NCBI GenBank assembly: GCA_004431415.1
Contig: QPMI01000205.1
Coordinates: 62,001-126,000, forward strand
DNA length: 64,000 nucleotides
Reading direction: 5' to 3'
Source: Cyanophora paradoxa CCMP329
Taxonomy: Eukaryota > Plantae > Glaucophyta
Part shown: in pieces, positions 37,452 to 50,454 of the stretch
Layout: each line of letters starts with the position of its first letter
Numbering within the stretch: position 1 is the stretch's first letter
Translations under genes and position numbers: made by a program
The notes under the pieces: generated by a model
The model's database searches: none
What the model saw: only the letters and a program-made list of their open reading frames with translations
What the model was told of the DNA's origin: nothing

Positions 37452-37697
37452 CGCCCCCGCCCCCGGCCCCCGCCCCCCGCCCCCGAGCCCTCTTTCCTCC
37501 TGCTCCCATCCCTCCCACTCCCTCCGCCCCGCCCCCTCCTCGTCTCCTCCGGCTCCATGGCCAGCCTCTCCCTTCTGCTCCGCGCCACCGCCTCCGCCCC
37601 CTCCTTGGCCCCCCTCCGTCCCTCCCTCCCGTCTTCCGGCGCTGCCTATCATCCATCCTCCCTCCGCCCCCCGAATCTCGAAATCTCTTGATGCAGA

Positions 37698-39024
37698 TTA
37701 CTCGGGGCGATGGGGCGGGGGCGGGGGCGGGGGAAGGGTGGCGACGAACGCAAAGAACCTGCGAGGGCTGGGCGTCTTGGGGGGCCGGCGGCTCGAAGGC
37801 GGGGGCGGGCACCAGGCGTCAAAGAGGGCGTGGGCGAGGAGCGGGGCGAGGAGGTTGTAGCCGGCGAGGGCGTAGGCGGCGCCGAAGGCGAGGCTCCCGA
37901 GGCCCGTGAAGGCGACGTAGACGGGGTCGCGCCCGTGCAGCACCCCGAAGACCGCGCTCGACGCCGCCAGGCCCTGCATGCCCCCGGCTCGGGGCCCTGG
38001 GCCCGCGGGGGCCCCTAGGGCGGCGGGGTGGGGGGCGGACGACGAGGGGCGCCCCGAGGGAGGCGATGCCGGACTGCACGACGGCCCGGAAGATCGACTC
38101 CTCCCCGATCGCCACCAGCGCCGCCAGCGCCCACGCCTGCCCCACCCTCATCCCCCTGCGCGCGCCCCCGCCCCGCCTCAGGCGCCGCCGACGGGAGCGG
38201 CGGGGCGGGGCGGGGCGGACCCCGAGGTGTAGCGGAAGGCATCGAGGTTGGCCTTGAAGCGCGCAAGCGGCGGGCTCCGCCTCGCGAGCTCTTCCCCCGC
38301 CGGCCCCAGCAGGCCCCGCACGACGAGGCAGAACGGGAGCGCCGCGGCGGTCCCGAGCACCACCGACACGAAGACGTCCCGCGGGCCCAGCAGCAGCGGG
38401 TAGTCCTGTTGCAGCAGGTCCTGCCCGCACCGCCCCCGTCACGCCCGCCCCGCCGCAGTCCGCAGCGCCGGCGCCGCGGCCGCCGCGCATTGGCGCCGGC
38501 GAAGCAGGGTGCGCACATGCACGAAGATGAAGCTGAAGCCGGCGGCGGTGAGGTTGACGATGGCGGCTTTCAGCAACACGGGGCCCGGCGCGCTGGCGGC
38601 GACTTCCTCAAGCTCATCGGCCTCCTGCGGCGGGGGCGACGCCGCGCACGACACGAAGTGCTAGACGAAGCGCTCAGCTGCAGGCGGAGCCAACAAAAGC
38701 GCCAGACCGCGCACCGGGGGGCGGCGTGTCCAAGTTGCGCGCTCGGCGGCCGGCGCGCCGAGCCAGCTGCGGTCCGGGACGAACGCGGACGATGCGAGGC
38801 GGCGACTGCTCTCCGGTAAGCTCCATTCGAGGGTCCTGCACGGCCTAGGCCGCGCGGCCGGGCCGTGGCAAGCTGCAGCTGCAACAGCGAAAGCCGGCAG
38901 AGGACCCGCCGCGCCGACCGACGGCCGCGGAATCGTGAGGCTCTGCAGAGGGCATGATCGTGACTCTCAGCGTGTCTGCCGGCCGCGAGAGAGGTGGGCG
39001 AGAAGTACGTACGAAGGCCTCCAT
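37698..39024 (-). CDS. CPBP/Abi (CAAX-protease type II) membrane protein with putative plastid transit peptide
   Basis: AIGEESIFRAVVQ (EExxFR), SSAVFGVLH, LLAPLLAHALFD. Spliced N-terminus MEAF|SLTIPRPSVGAAG... Confidence 0.8.
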
Positions 39025-39316
39025 GTGCATCTTCCGGGGGTAACCGCAACTGCCACATCAAATTCGTCGCGCGCGTGTCCAGCTTCAGTGGCTCGGGCGA
39101 TCCTAGCTAGTTTTGACCCCAAGTTTTGCGCGGACAGTCTGGGAGCGACTCGGCGAGCGCGCAGTTCGCGGGGCAGGCTGATATTGATGCTGAGCGCTAT
39201 TGCCCGCACGTCGAATTTGCAGCGACGTCTTCCCGCGTTATTGTTCGTGCCGCTTTGTGAGACTGATGCATGCGCACTGATTAACCAAGAACGCAAGTAA
39301 AAAGGGGGAGAGCCGT

Positions 39317-40310
39317 CTAAGACACTGGCGAGGGCGATGCGTGAAGGCCCCCGGAGGAGACGAACTCTTCGTTGAACTCCTCGGCGATCTCCGCCGCCTG
39401 CGCGCTTGGAGCGTGAGCGCCGAGCCCCTGCGGACGTGACGGAGCCGCCTAACCTTGTCCAGGTCCCTCGCCCGCTCCTGCAGCTCGTCTGCGAGCTTTG
39501 CGACCCTCGCGCGCTGCTCCTCCAGTATCCTCCTCCGCTTCTTGTTTTCCTGCTCCACCTGCGCGACAGCGAGTCAGCTGGCGACGGTAGTCACAAGCAC
39601 AACTTCGCGCCCTAGTAGAGGGGCAACCACAAGCAAGAGCCCCCGCGTGGCTGAGGCGCGAGCATAAGCGTCGCGAACCTCAGCGAGGGCCTCCTGCAAC
39701 CGCTTCTTCTCGAGCTCCTTGTGAGCAACGCGCATATCCCGTATCTCGTCGTCGGGCTGCACTGTTGCCGGCGCAGGTCTGCGCGGCATGAGCACCGCAC
39801 TGGCCCGACGAGCGCCCACAGGCCGCTCACCTCCTGCGCCCACTGCTCATCTGCCCTTGTTGGTGGAGAAGCTCGTCTAGCCGTTCCAGCTTCTCTCTGA
39901 GTCCGCACTCCGAGCAGATCTGGGCAAACTCGTCCTGTGCGGCTCCTGTCAGCAGGCCCGGCACATCCTCTCACCCGTTCCACGCACTGATATGTTCTTC
40001 CTTAGCTGTACAAGCAGCTGACTGTGGATGTCTGCAATCTCGTCGTCATTGTACACGTCGCCAGCAGGCTCAAAACACGCCTTAAATTCCGAGATGCTGG
40101 CATCCCGGAGGGAGAGATCCAGCACCTGGCGAGGCACGATTAGCTGCATTATCTCGGCTAAGATAGCGGGCGCGGCGCTCCCGCACACACCCGCTGCAAA
40201 GCTTCCCGCAACCGCAGCGTCCTGCTCTGTGCTGAAGAGGAGCAAGAGGCTGAAAGCGACACCCTAGAGACTCTTACAACCGCCGGCGAGACGACAGAGG
40301 TCCGGCTCAT
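39317..40310 (-). CDS. Putative kinetochore MIS12-complex subunit Nnf1/PMF1
   Basis: SISEFKACF..DIHSQLLVQLRKNI..EFAQICSECGLREKLERLDELL..PDDEIR..LAEVEQENKKRR follows the Nnf1 pattern (F..CF, EF..I..E..L..KL..LD.L). Start codon uncertain. Confidence 0.65.
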
Positions 40311-40787
40311 CGTCCTCGCCGCAACGACAGTTTTTTGAATTGGGGTACGCGACAAATTGGTTGCAAACTGGCCGGGACAGCGCCCGTGCCTGTCGCCGGC
40401 AAACGAGCCCGCGCCCCGGAGAGAGGAGTATATATCCAGCTCGCCCGCGGCAGACTCGACAGCCGGAACAAACTTGCGGGTCAGCCCGGGTCACGTCAGT
40501 GCTGGTCGACGTCGACGTGCTACCGGCTGAGCACAGCCAGCTCGAGCTTCGTCTCTGTTGTGTACCGTTTACAGCGAGCAGATCGACGCGCTAGCGCTTC
40601 GAGTTCCTCCACAGCTTCGAGCTCTCGTACGGTACCTGCTACCTCTTAACCAAGCAGCAAGTACCAAGTCTGACCTGACCCACGCGCGCGGCCTGATCGT
40701 GATCTTCGGCGCGCCTGTGCAGATACTGTATCGATATCGATCAAGCATCCCTGACTTGGGACCATAAGGCGTATAGACGGTATAGCA

Positions 40788-42104
40788 ATGCCGTCGGAAG
40801 CGTTTGCAGCTGCGCGGAAGCGCGTGGAGAACGGTTTCCACGTCAAGCTCGCGCAGGGCGAGACCTGGGCAGCGTGGCTCGGGCCCGAAAACGGCCCTCT
40901 AGTTGTGTGCATCCATGGCATTTCGGTGCGCGCGGGGCTTCCGATGCGCGTACGGCAAGCTGCCCGCGCGCTCGAGCTCCCAGTTTGCCCTGAGCCCTAG
41001 ATCTGGCGCAGATCCCCAGCTTCCAGTTCTACAGCTTGGCACCGTACCTCGCCGACGCAGGCCTCCGAGTGCTCATGTGCGCCGCGCGCCGTGGGCCGCG
41101 GCCGGGAGGCCCCCGGCCGACGCCGGGGCCGGGCGCAGCTACGACGCGTGGGGCCGCGGCAAGTCGAGCGCGCCGGACGTGCCCTACGACGGGGACACCT
41201 TCGTGGACCAGCTGCACCAGCTCATCGCAGCGCTGAAAATATCGGGCCCCTTCTCCCTCGTCGGCGTCAGCCTCGGGGGCGCAGTCGCCACCCTCTACTG
41301 CGACAGGTATCCCGAGAGCGTCTCCCGCCTGGTGCGCCGCCCCGTGCCGCGCCTGCGGCCGGCCCGTCCGCCCCGGCGCGAGGCGACGCCGGCGTGCAGG
41401 TGCTGATAGACAGCGCCGGCCTGCCCGTGAACATGCCATTCGTGGGGCGCCTCTCCCTCTGCCCCGTCATCGGCGACGTGCGCCCCGCGCCCCCGCCCCT
41501 CGCCCCTCCGGCGCGCTGCCGGTGCGAGGGGCCGGTGGCGGCAGGTGCTCTGGTACGTCGCGGGAAAGCAGGTCATGCTCTCCCGCCTTCGATCCGACAG
41601 CTTCCGCTCCGAGTACTGTGCGCGGCACGCCCGCCGGCCGGCGGTGGCGGCGCTCTGAGAGGGCCCGCGCGCGGGGCGGCAGACGACGCGGAGCGGTGCC
41701 GGGATGTGATCGACGCGTTCGCCGAGTTCCTCGAGGACCAGATCCTCAACAAGGAAGGATTCCTCACGGTACCGCCCTCCACCGAGCCGCCTGCGCGCGC
41801 GCGCGCCCGTCCCCGAGCGCCCTGCCGGCAGGCCTTCCGTCGCACGCTGGTCCACTTCCCGATGGAGACGATGCGGGAGAACTTCGAGCGGGTGGGGAAG
41901 CAGGCGGGGCCGAGCGGGGCACCGCGGCCGACGCTGCTCGTCTGGGGCGAGTGCGACAGCGTCGTGCCGATACAGAACGCGCGGGAGCTGCAGCAGATCT
42001 TCCCCCACGCACGCCTCCTGAGCTTCCCCGAGGCCGGCCACCTGCCCCACATCGAGCAGGCCGACAAGGTCGAGCCGGCACTCCTCGAGTTCCTCAGGTC
42101 GTAG
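40788..42104 (+). CDS. Alpha/beta hydrolase fold protein
   Basis: VVCIHGIS, YDAWGRGKS, GVSLGG nucleophile, LLVWGECDSVVP, AGHLPHIE. Confidence 0.9.
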
Positions 42105-42259
42105 CGTGCTTAGTAGTAGTAGCAGCAGCCTAGTAGGAGCAGGCCAATAGTAACCCGCCCGCCCGCCCGCCCCTGCCAGCGTGCGCCAGCGGCGCGAACG
42201 TAACGTATTGGGAGGTATTATTATTGACCGATTGGCACGGGGCGGACGGGCGGGGCGGG

Positions 42260-45200
42260 CTACGGGGGCCCCGGGACGAGGAGGAGGGAGAGGGAGCCGT
42301 GGGCGAGCACGAGGCAGTCCACGGCGAGCTGCGGGCGGCGCGGCGCCCGTCAGAGGAGAGCGGGGCGGGCGGGGCGGGGCGGGGGTGGGGGGACCTTGCG
42401 GGACTCCTGCGTGCGGGAGACGGGGGCCCCGTGGAAGGCGAAGCGGAAGCCGGCGGGGGCGGGGTCGGGGCCGATGCCGGCGGCGAAGTCGGAGGGGGCG
42501 CAGGCGGCGGGGGAGGGCCCGCGGGGCGGGCGCTCGAGGCCCTCGAGGCCCTCCACGCGGACCGCCTCCCGCGCGAACGCCAGGTCCGCGTCCACCGGCA
42601 GCTCTGGGGTGGATCACATGAGAGGGGTCCGATTGGGTTGGGGTGGGGTGGAGGATGGGGCGGGGGAGGTCGCGGGGCGGACCGAGGAAGCCGAGGGGCC
42701 GGTCCTCGCGCCCCTGCCACGCGACGTGCACGACCAGCAGGGGCGCCCCCGTGACGGGGCCCAGCGTGACCCGCGCGAGCTGCTGCACGGCGACGGCGCT
42801 GGAGCGCTCCGTGCGGTCCTCCTCGACCCGCCCCTCCGTCGTCCGCGCGTACACCTCCACGGGGCGCGCGCACTGCGCCCCCGAGAGCCCCGGCACGAGC
42901 TCCACGAGAGTCATCCCCCGGGGGTCCGCCCCGCGCGGGCCCGCCACCGCCGACTCCGCCTCCGCCTCGCGCCCCTGCCGCCAACCGTCCCGCGTCGTCC
43001 GCTTCACCTCGAACCCGCCCCAGCCGGGCCCCGCCCCCGCCCCCGCCCCGCCGCCCCCGCCGCCCCGAGCTGGCGCTGGCGGCGGGATCGGGGCCCCAGG
43101 CGCCCGGGCGGGGCGCGCCGTAGGCGGCCGGCGTCTCGGCGTCGTCGTCGCCGATGGCGAGCGGGGCGGGTCGGGCCGAGTCGCGGAGGTGCTGGTAGGA
43201 GCGGTAGGCGTCGGCGATCCAGCTCGAGGTCGAGCGCGTCGCCGGCGGGTCGACGTCGATCTCCGCCGGCGCGAGCTCCGCCAGGTTCGGCCGCCAGCGC
43301 CTCCCCGGGTCCGAGCGCTGCGAGACCGCCGAGCCGCACTCGGGGGCCACGCTGCTCGCCGCCGCCGCCTCGCCCTCCTCGCCGCCGCGCGCCGAGGGCG
43401 TCGGGCCCGCCGTGCTTGCCCCGGGGCTCGCCGCGAAGGCGCGATGGGGCCCCACGCCGGGCTCCCCGCCGCCGCCGGCCGCAGCGCGTGCGCCGCGAGG
43501 AGCGCCCCGAGGGAGGCGGCGGGGGCGCGCGCGGCGGGGCCGGCCCGGGCGAGGCGTGGGCATCGGAGGAGGGGGTCACGGGGGCGTGGGCCCCCGGGGC
43601 CGGCCGCTCGTAGTCGGCCTCCAGCGCCGGCGCGTCCGAGCCGTCCCCCACGCCTGCCCCAAGCTCCTCCTCCCGCCGCGGCGGGCGCGGCGGCGGGGCC
43701 TCCGGGCCGGCCGCGCGGGCGGCGGGCGCCGCGGGGCTCGAGGCGCGCCGGCCCCGTGGTCACGTCGAGGGCGGGGCCCGGGGAGGCGGCCTCGGGGGCG
43801 GGGCGGGGAGGCGGGCGGGGCCGGGGCGGCGGCGGCGTAGCGGTCGAGGAGGGCGACGACGTCGGCGTGCCCGCGCACCGTCGCGAACTGGCGCGCTGCG
43901 CACGCCGCCGGCCCCGCGCTCGGCCCCCGGGCGGCTGCAGAGGGCGGGGAAGAGGGGCGGGGGGGGCGGACCGGTGATGCCGAAGGAGTCGGCGAGGGCG
44001 ACGAGGGGGCCGGCGCGGGGCCCGGCGGCCTCCAGGAGCGCCTCGCAGGCCGCCGCGTGGCCCTCCCCCGCCGCCAGGTGCAGCGCCGTCAGGCCCGCGA
44101 CCGGTCCCGCGCCTCCGCCCCGCCCCCAGCTGCCGGCCCCGCGTCGGAAGACGAGGGAGGGTGCGGGCGGGGCGGGCGGACGCGGCAGAGGAGGGCGACG
44201 GCGGGAGCGTGGCCGGCGAGGGCGGCGTGGTGGAGGCGGTCGTCCCGGCGGCGTCCTCCGCCTCGACGCTCCACGCCCCGCCCCGCCCCGCCAGCTGCCG
44301 TGCAGCAGCTCCAGCATCGCCTCGTCGCCCCGCCCCGCCGCCACGTGCCAGCCCCGCTCGCCCGCGCCCCCGCCGCGAGGAGCGCGCGCGCCGCCTCGAG
44401 GCTGCCGGCGCGGACGGCGGCGGCGAGGGCGTCTCCCCGAGGAAGTCCTCCGTGTCGGCCGCCCCGGGCCCGCCGCCACCAGCTCCGCCACCGCCGCCAG
44501 CGCCGCCCCCGCTGCGGTCCCCCGCACGCCTCCGCCGCGAAGTGCAGCGCCGTGCGCCCAGACCCGCTCCGCGCCCGCAGAGCGCCTCCCGCGCGTCCCC
44601 TCCGCGCACGCCTGCCGCCCCGCGCCTCGGCCGGGGCGGCGCTCGCAGGGCCGGGGGGAGGGGGCGGGGGCACCATGAGGGCGGCGCGGACGGTGGGAGG
44701 GCGGGGGAGCGGGCGGCGAGCATGAGGGGGTGAGCTGCTGCTGGCGGGCGCGCACGGTGAGGGGCCAGGGGACGCCCCGCTTCACCTCCTCCTCCGCCGC
44801 CGTCGGCAGCAGCGTGCTGGCCGACGCCGCGGCCGCCGCGGGGCCGGCCGAGGGCGGGGCGGCGCAGGCCTCGGCGATGGCGCGGACGACGTCGGCGTGG
44901 CCCGCCGCCGCCGCCTCGTGCACCGGCGTGCTCCCCTCGGCGGTGGGGAAGTCGGGGCGCGCGCCGGCGCGCACGAGGAGGCGGCGCAGTGGGCGTGGCC
45001 GGCGCGGGCTGCGAGGGCGAGGGCGTGCAGGCGTCGCGGTCGCGGCGGTCGACGGTGATGCAGCCGGGGCGCCCGCCGGCGACCTCCTCGAGGAGCCAGG
45101 CGAGCACGTCGGCGCGCCCCAGGCGGGCGGCGGCGTGCAGGAGGCCCTCCAGCGCCCGCCGGCCTCGTAGAGCCAGTCGGGGTCGACGGCGGCGGGGCCG

Positions 45201-46796
45201 TGCTTGGGCGGCAGCAGCGCCCGCAGCGTGTCCACCGGCTCGCCGGCCTCCACGGCCTCCCGCAGGCGCCGCTGGAGGGCCGCCCCGGGGCCCCTCGCCG
45301 TACGCCGCCCGCAGCGCCCCCGCCAGCAGCTCCGCGCAGTCCGCCGAGGAGGGCGAGGAGCCGCCGGGGCCCGCTTCGCCCCCGGCGCCGGCCCAGCGCC
45401 GGGCCCGCTCGACGGTGGTCCAGTCGAGGCGGAGGGCGGCGAGGCCGCTGCCGGGGCCGGCGCCGCAGCCGTCGCCGCCGGCGCCGGCGAGGCCGAGGGC
45501 GGCGGCCTCCTCCTCCCCGAGGGGCCCTCCGGCGAGGCCGAAGAAGAGGCGGCGGGGCCCCGTCCCCGGCCCCTGCGAGGCGAAGTGCGAGAGGAGCGGC
45601 CGCAGCAGGTCCCCCGCCCCGCCCCGCCGCCGCGTCCACCGGCGTCGCGAACTGCGCGCTCAAGCACCGCAGCGCTGCGCCGGCCGTCGGCTGCAGCGGA
45701 GGGCGGGCGGGGCCGGGGCGCGCACCGGCCGGCTCGGCGCCGAGCATGTCGAAGACGTCCTCGACGCTCCCGTCCCGCAGCGCCACTGCAGCGCCCGCCC
45801 CGTCAGCGAGGGCCGGCCGCGGGCGGGGCGCGGCGCCGGCGGCGGCGCGCACCGTGCAGCGGGACCTCCCCCGCTCGTTCGGCAGCAGCGCGTCGGCCCT
45901 GGCCCCGCCGCCCCTCGGCGCCCGCGCGGCCTGGCGGGCCAGCGGGCGGGCGCACCCCGCGGCGATGAGGAGGTTGATGACGCGCGAGGAGGCGCGCAGC
46001 ACGACGCGCACGCCCTCCTTCTTCGCCCCCCCCTCCGCCTTCGCGCCGCTCCCGTGCGACACCCTGCCGGCCACGGGCCGCGGCGCGTCAGCGGTCGCGG
46101 GGACGGGTCACTGCAACCGGCGCCGGTGGAGCGCACGACTCAACGCCCTCGCCGGACGCGCTTTTCGCGTGCGAGCCGGCGCTCAAGTGGAAAGGCGTGT
46201 TCCCGTTTTGCGCTCGCGCGTTGGGATCTGGAGCGGCGGCGTTGAGGAAGGCAGGCAAGGTCCGAGGCAGCGGCACCCGCACCGGCGCCCTTGAGGAGCA
46301 GCGCTCGCACGCACTCCGGCTTCGCCTCCCGGCAAGCGAGGTGCTGCAGCGCGGCCGTGAGGGGCCGAGCGGCCGCGAGCTTCGGACAAGGGGGATGGGG
46401 CACCAACGGAGTGAGGCCTGAGCCCGTCGTCGCCTGGTGCAGCGACGGATCGACAGCGAGGAGCGCTTCCATGGCTTCCACGTTTCCCGTGCCGGCGGCC
46501 ACTGCAGCAGGAGTCAGGAACCCGTTACACGCGCGTGTATCTCAAGAACTTAAGATACCATGGCAAGCAGTCCACCCGCGTCCGTCGAGGTCGGCTTTGG
46601 CTTGCGCCCCGTGCTTAAGCAGCACGTCAATAACTTTTGAGCTCGCCGCCATTGAGCACGCCAGGTGCAGAAGCGTCGGTCTGTACGGATGCGCTTCGCT
46701 TGCCAGCCTGCCTGGCTCGGGCTCATTCATCGCCACGAGTGCCGCATCGACCGCCGCCGCATCATTTCGCTCGATCGCTGCTAGGATGCGCTCCAT
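42260..46796 (-). CDS. Large ankyrin-repeat protein (several apparent indels in GC runs)
   Basis: PTLLHLAC, GLTPLHLACRE, NGNTPFHL, EGSTPVHEAAAAGH, GRTALHFAA, GLTALHLAAGEGH. ATG at 46796, last exon ends ..VPGPP* at 42260. Confidence 0.8.
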
Positions 46797-46904
46797 GCCT
46801 TGTCAAGCGTTGGAGCTAAGCTATTTCTAGAGAACTACGTAGCAAGAACGAGGCGCGTCGCCGGGCCGGATAGCGATCGGCGGCTTCCGTCGGAAAAAGG
46901 CGAT

Positions 46905-47078
46905 GCGCGGGCCGGCAGGCGATCTCCAAGCAGCCAAAACCGCGCGGGGCCGGTGCCGACACGGGAGGACGCGAATCGCGACGGGCGCAGCCTCGCTGCC
47001 GGCTGGCGGACGCCGGGTGAAAAGTGGCCCCGCGGGGGTTGGAACGGGGGTCAAAAGCGGCCAAAGCGCAGCCTGCAG
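46905..47078 (-). repeat. Diverged third copy of the tRNA-Ser 3' flank plus the last 12 nt of the tRNA
   Basis: Aligns to about 47481-47658 with scattered substitutions and a small indel. Ends at CGCAGCCTGCAG (47067-47078), the reverse complement of the tRNA 3' end. Confidence 0.9.
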
Positions 47079-47097
47079 CTGGCAGGTGCGTGCGCAG

Positions 47098-47265
47098 GTG
47101 AACGGGAAGCTGCGGGCACAGCTGCAGGTGAGCCCGACGGCGGGGAAGGAGGAGGTGCTGGCGGCGGCCAAAGCGGAGCCGAACGTGGCCAAGTTCCTCG
47201 ACGGAAAGGCCATCAAGAAGGAGGTCTTCGTCCCCGGCAAGCTCGTCAACTTCGTCGCCGCGTAG
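47098..47265 (+). pseudogene. Orphan copy of the LeuRS terminal exon
   Basis: [13 protein letters not shown]...[15 protein letters not shown], preceded only by the 3' splice site. No upstream LeuRS exons. Confidence 0.9.
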
Positions 47266-47646
47266 CCCGCCCCGCTCTTGCGTCCCATGTTCTTGGTTAA
47301 TATCGATGCTGGCACTCGTGCTGCAGTTATCACCAGCGCCATATGCATAGCTCTAGCGCTGCAGCTGGCAACGCTACCGCAAGGCGCTGAGCGCGAAGAA
47401 TCTAGCGCTAGCTGAGCTTTCTAGCTGAATCGAAGAGAACTGCGCATGCGTTGCAAGCTTAAGAACCAAACGCGCTTCCCGCGCGTGACCGGCAGGCGAT
47501 CTCCAAGCAGCCAAAACCGCGCGGGGCCGGTGCAGACACCGGAGGACGCGAATCGCGACGTGCGCTGCCTCGCGCATGCCCGCTGGCGGACGCCGGGTGA
47601 AAAGTGGCCCCGCGGGGGCTGGAACGGGGGTCGAAAACGGCCAAAG

Positions 47647-47727
47647 CGCAGCCTGCAGGATTCGAACCTGCGCGGGAAATCCCAATTGATTTCGAGTCAA
47701 TCGCCTTAACCACTCGGCCAAAGCTGC
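47647..47727 (-). tRNA. tRNA-Ser (anticodon CGA)
   Basis: Reverse-complement copy of 60474-60554. Confidence 0.95.
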
Positions 47728-47934
47728 TTGCGGACATCGGCGTTTTTACCGGGTCGGTTCCGCGTCCCCGTGCCCTCGCCGACGCCTCCGCGGCGCGCGG
47801 GCGCCCCGCACGCGGCCCGAGAGCGCAGGGTAGGGCAGAGAGGAGCAGCGCAGGTGGCGGCACTGAACCGCTCAATGCAAACTTTCAGCTGCCTGCCCCA
47901 CGTACCCCAACCCTGCCCCAAAGTGTCCTGCAAA

Positions 47935-50454
47935 ATGCCGGCAGCTGGCGAGCCTCCTACGCCTCGTGTGTCTAATGGAGGTACAGGTTGGTTGTTCCTG
48001 GCGTATTCGCCCCTCCCCTGACCGACGCGGGCCCCTTTGCAGCCAGCTCGCTTCTTCACGGCGATCTTGTGAAAGCTACAGGCGATAGCTTCGTTCTTCC
48101 GACGCTGACGCCGACACCCGTAGTCCAGAGCGCGCCCGTGGCCTCCCCAAGACCGGGCACGGTCCGCGCCCCGCCTCGCAACCTTCTAGCTGCAGGCAAA
48201 CGACGCCCCGTGCAGAGCGCATCAGTACGTCCGTTTTCAGAGCGTCTTGGTACAGCAACTCCCCGCGCGCGTCTCTTAAACTCGAGGGATCCGGTGAGCT
48301 CGCGCTCTTGACGGCGCGGCTTCGAGCAGGCGCGTTGACAGCGCATCAATGCAGGTTGCCGGCGGAGGTACAGCTGTAGCTAAGGCTTCCGCGGATGATG
48401 AGGCGGACGCAGCGCTCGGCGCCGCACAGGCGCCCGAGGCAGAGGCCGTGCCGCGTCCACCGCCGACGGCGCGGCCGGCGCCGCCCAGCTCGCGGGGCTC
48501 GCGGAGGAGCGTGGCGTCTTCGCGTATGTCGCGTGCGAGCAAAGCCTCCTTCGACGACCGGAGCCCGATCATCGTCTCCTTCCGCCGGAAAATAATGGCG
48601 CGCCGGGCTATTCCGCCGGCCTCCCGGCGGGACCCTGACGGGGCGGGCAGGAGCGGAGCCCGCGCGGTCCCTTCGAGACGACGTACCGCATCTTCCGCAA
48701 TCAAACCGATGGAAATTCGAGCGCAACCAAAGGTGGGGCCCGGGCCGCCGGCGCCGGCTGGGAGCGGGTGCCGAGGGGCGGGGGGCGGGGGCAGTGAGCA
48801 AGGCGGAGTTCGTGAAGGGTGTGGAGTCGCTGGGTCTGGGGGCGGAGCCCGGGCAGCTGGAGAAGCTGGTCCGCAAGTTCACGGACAACCACGGTGCGCA
48901 AAGCCACCGTCACCCCGACCCCGGCCCTCTCCTGGTGCGCGTCCGCGCTCAGCCCGCCCCGCAGGTTCCGTCGACCTTGCGCTCTTCTCGGCGGCGGTGT
49001 GGGGCAACGACTACGGGTTCACGAGCGCGGACGAGGCGACGGGCTTCTTCCGGCACTTCCTGAACTCGACGCGCAAGGTGCTGGCGCCCATCGAGGGACA
49101 GCCGCCGCTGCCCTTCTCCGAGGAGGCCTGTGAGGAGCTCCTCCGCCGCAAGCTCGAGGAGCGCACCCGCGGCCACGGCGGCTTCCTGCGCGAGGGTGAG
49201 GCCCCCCGCCCGCCCCGCCGCCCGCCCCGCCGCCCCCCGACGCCCCGCCGCGCCCCGCAGCCTTCGACCTCGACCACGGCACGCGCAACCGGACAGAGTG
49301 CGCGGGGCGGGGCGGGGCCCGCTGACACGAACGCGCCCTCGCCGCGCGTGCCGACGCCGGGGCGGGCAGGGGGATGACGTACGGGGAGTTGCGCGAGTGC
49401 CTGCGGCGGCTGAACGTCTCGCTCTCGGAGGAGGAGGGGGCGCGGATGGGGCGGCGCTACGACCCGCAGGGCACGGGCCGCGTCCTCTGGATCGACCTCC
49501 TCCGCAGCGTCGCGCAGAGCGACTACCCCCCGAACCTCGTCGTCTACCCCGCCGTCGAGAGCCTGGCCACGCCGCGCAACAAGGCCTACCTCCAGGCCAC
49601 CGTCCTCAAGGGGCCCCTGCCCCTCTTCGCGCCCCCGGCCCCGCTCGACGCCCCCGGCCCCGCACCCCCGCCCCTCCCCTCCCCGCGCCCGCCCACCTCC
49701 CACGGGGGCCCGCCGCCGACGGCGGGGCGACGCGCTCGCCGCGGAGCGCGCTGACGTACGTGCGGCCGGCGACGGCGGAGCGCCCGGCGGGGGCCACCCC
49801 CGGGGAGGCGGCGGGGGCGGGGTCGGCCCTGGGGGCCTCGGCGGAGCGGTTCTCGGCGGAGCGGTGGGGCCGGGCGTGGCGCCGCGGCTCGGCAGCGAGC
49901 AGGTGCTCCGCGTCGTCGCCCAGAAGCTCTCCGAGCGCTTCGCCGGCACCCCGGCCCTCCGCCGCCTCCTCCGCGCCGCCGACCCCGACAGCCCCCGCTC
50001 CGGCCGCGTCGACCCCGCCGGCCTCCTCCGCCTCCTCCACGCTCTCAACCTCCCCGCCGGCCCGAGGCGCGCCCCGCCCCCGCCCCGCCGCCCCGCCGCG
50101 CGCGCGCCGATGGGCCGGGCAGGTGGTGGAGGAGCTGCTGGGGCGGGCGGGGGCGGCGCCGGGCGGCGAAGCCGGCGTCGAGGATCTCATGCGCGTCCTC
50201 CTCCCCAGTGCGCCCGGCCCTTGCCCTCGCTCCGGCCCGGCCCGGGCTGCGCGCGACGCGGCGGGCGCAGGCCAGTACGGACTCCGCAGCGCCCCGCCCG
50301 ACGCGGGGGCCAAGCACGCCACCGCGGTGCCCCCGCCCCGCCCGGCGCCCCCGCCGCCGCCCGCCTGACGCCGGCGCGTGCAGCGCGAGAGCGGGGCCCT
50401 CTACACGCTGCTGCACCCCTGGGCGGAGTGACCGCCGCCTCCTCCAACCCCTAG
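47935..50454 (+). CDS. EF-hand-like domain protein, multi-exon
   Basis: VSKAEFVKGVESLGL..LVRKFTDNH.GSVDL, RRYDPQGTGRVLWIDLL, RAADPDSPRSGRVDP are degenerate EF-hand pairs. Boundaries approximate. Confidence 0.6.

Larger units (their letters stand above)
47088..47825 (+). repeat. 738-bp inverted duplicate of 60376-61113 (LeuRS last exon, 3' region and tRNA-Ser)
   Basis: Reverse complement matches end to end in every stretch I compared. The ORF track gives identical peptides for both copies. Confidence 0.95.

Noticed and set aside
41295-45107. 1270-aa ORF and other long Arg/Pro/Gly/Ala-rich ORFs, including antisense ORFs over BRR2 and NNT
   Set aside because: Stop codons are rare at this GC content. 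These frames cross introns and real genes and carry no coherent domains.
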